A DNA stretch of 49,756 nt from Welwitschia mirabilis. Lineage: Eukaryota. The stretch is taken from contig JBOZIK010000001.1 in assembly GCA_051453625.1 (NCBI GenBank), positions 36,082,080 through 36,131,835 on the forward strand, in the 5' to 3' direction. The notes under the pieces are model-generated. The model saw only the letters and a program-made list of their open reading frames with translations. It made no database searches and was not told the DNA's origin. Below are positions 48,098 through 49,756 of the stretch, in pieces. Position 1 is the first letter of the stretch. Each line of letters begins with the position of its first letter. Position numbers and translations under genes: made by a program.

Positions 48098-49756
48098 TCA
48101 GTCAATGATAGGATGAAAGTTATCCTCATTGACGGGAACCTCTAAAACAAGTGCTTCTATTATATTCATGATTACATCAAAATATCTTATGTATAGTTTC
48201 AACCGTTGTCCATTAAATTTCTGAATCTCTTTAGTTTCTAAGTCAAAAGTCTTAATAGAGCCATTAGAATGCACTCTCTCTATAAGATAAGAACTTAACC
48301 ATTTAGAGGTGAACTTTTTATTTAAAATATGTACTCTAGTATTGTATTAAAAAATAAGTTGATCAGATTTAAACTTTTCATAAAGTAACTTTTTATCATA
48401 TTTGAACTTATCTTGGGCTTTATAAATTAATGTATGGTGTGTATAAGTACGTTTTTCATCAAGGTGATATAATAAGGGTAATCTATATTTAAGGTATTTA
48501 TGAAGATCCACAAGATTAAGTTGATGAGAAGCATGATAAGAGTTATAACACGCATTAATATGTAAAATACAAACTTTTTCATACATAAGTTTTAAGTTAA
48601 AAAACCATGAAAACTATGCCAAGTAGTATGATAATCCCAAATAACATCATTAAGCTTAAAATCCCAATATTTCTTATTAACAGAGATATGTTTTTGTAAC
48701 ATTTTCTTAATTTATTTATTTGCATTTTTAGCTTGACCATTGGTCTGAGAATGATAAGTACAAGTCACTCTATGTTCTATTTGAATAAACAAAAGAAGTT
48801 TCTTAAAAAGTTAATTTATAAAATGATTTCTTAATCACTAATAATAATCTTTGAAAAACCAAATTATTGAAAAATATGAGTTCTAAAAAATGATAAATAG
48901 TTTGGGCATTATTCAAAGAAGTAGGAATAGCTTCAACTCATGTAGTGATGTAATTTATGGTCCTAAAATATAATGTGTACTATGAGAAGGTGGGTGAACA
49001 GGACCTATAAAATTAATACTCTAATAATAAAAAGGTTCATATTCAAGAATGGATCTAAAGGGAATCTCTTGAGCATAAATAAGACTACCATAATACTATC
49101 AAGAATCACACATTCTTGCAAAATCAAAAGAATCCTAAAAAAAGAGTAGGCTAATAAAAACTAGAATGAAGAATTTTTATACCTATTTTCTATCCACGAA
49201 AATGACCTCCATAAATATTACCATGATCAAGATGAAGGATATCAGATTTTTCCTAATCAAGCACACATTTTTGCATAATTTGATCTTTACACCTATAATA
49301 CAAATGTGGCTCTATCCACTTATAATCACCTATTCTATAGAGAAAAGATTTGTATTGATTACAAATATAATGTTGTAGTGCTTTTATGATAATAAGATAA
49401 TTAATAATATTAGCATATCAAGGAGGAGAATAAGTAGAAGATATAAATAAAAGTTGCTCATTTGGAAAAGAATCATTAATAATAGAATCATCAAGAGAAA
49501 AAGAGAGACGAGACAAATGATTAGTAATACAATTATGATTTCTTACTTTATCAATGATGGTCAATTTAAATTCTTACATGAGGAGGATCCATCTAATCAA
49601 TCTAGCACTAAAATCTTTCTTAGTCATAACGTAACAAATCATAGCATGATCAGTATAAACATTTGTGTGAAAGTCTAAAAGATAATGTCTAAGCATATTA
49701 AGGTAAAAGATGATTACTAACATTTTCTTCTCAATAGTAGTGTAATGCATTTGAGT
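48098..49756 (-). pseudogene. Ty3/Gypsy RNase H C-terminus and integrase remnant
   Basis: TQMHYTTIEKKML, HAMICYVMT, LD*MDPPH (WILL region), SFPNEQLL, TYHSQTNGQAK, VEVPVNEDNF; stop ~48098. Confidence 0.88.

Larger units (their letters stand above)
43049..49756 (-). mobile_element. 3' half of a minus-strand Athila-like element (continues beyond window)
   Basis: The reverse complement gives RH-INT, spacer, env-like ORF, PPT and 3' LTR, colinear with 19530-26420. Confidence 0.92.

Overview
AT-rich, gene-free plant heterochromatin made almost entirely of old, nested and heavily C>T/G>A-eroded retrotransposons, with eight N gaps. No intact protein-coding gene, RNA gene or CRISPR array is supportable. 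From left to right: an Athila-like non-coding remnant; a 5'-truncated L1-type LINE (~2756-5483); a ~685-bp tandem duplication; an isolated Athila-type LTR; an inverted Athila internal fragment; a near-complete Athila-like Ty3/Gypsy element (~13546-26420) with a duplicated LTR-end/PBS; a gag remnant; a CCTTT TSD-bounded Sirevirus (Ty1/Copia) complex (30143-42518) holding three LTRs and three copies of its extra ORF; and a minus-strand Athila 3' half running off the window. The most interesting signal is in the LINE. Its decayed ORF2 continues ~1.4 kb past the RT and zf-RVT finger through a second zf-RVT-like repeat and a charged linker, and ends in a DnaJ/Hsp40 J-domain-like segment (AIKSSFYKKVLRL-HPN-KNKVGVKEFKEMNQDFKIMMDE) just before the 3' UTR and poly(A). 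All domain calls are by-eye motif recognition and no searches were run.
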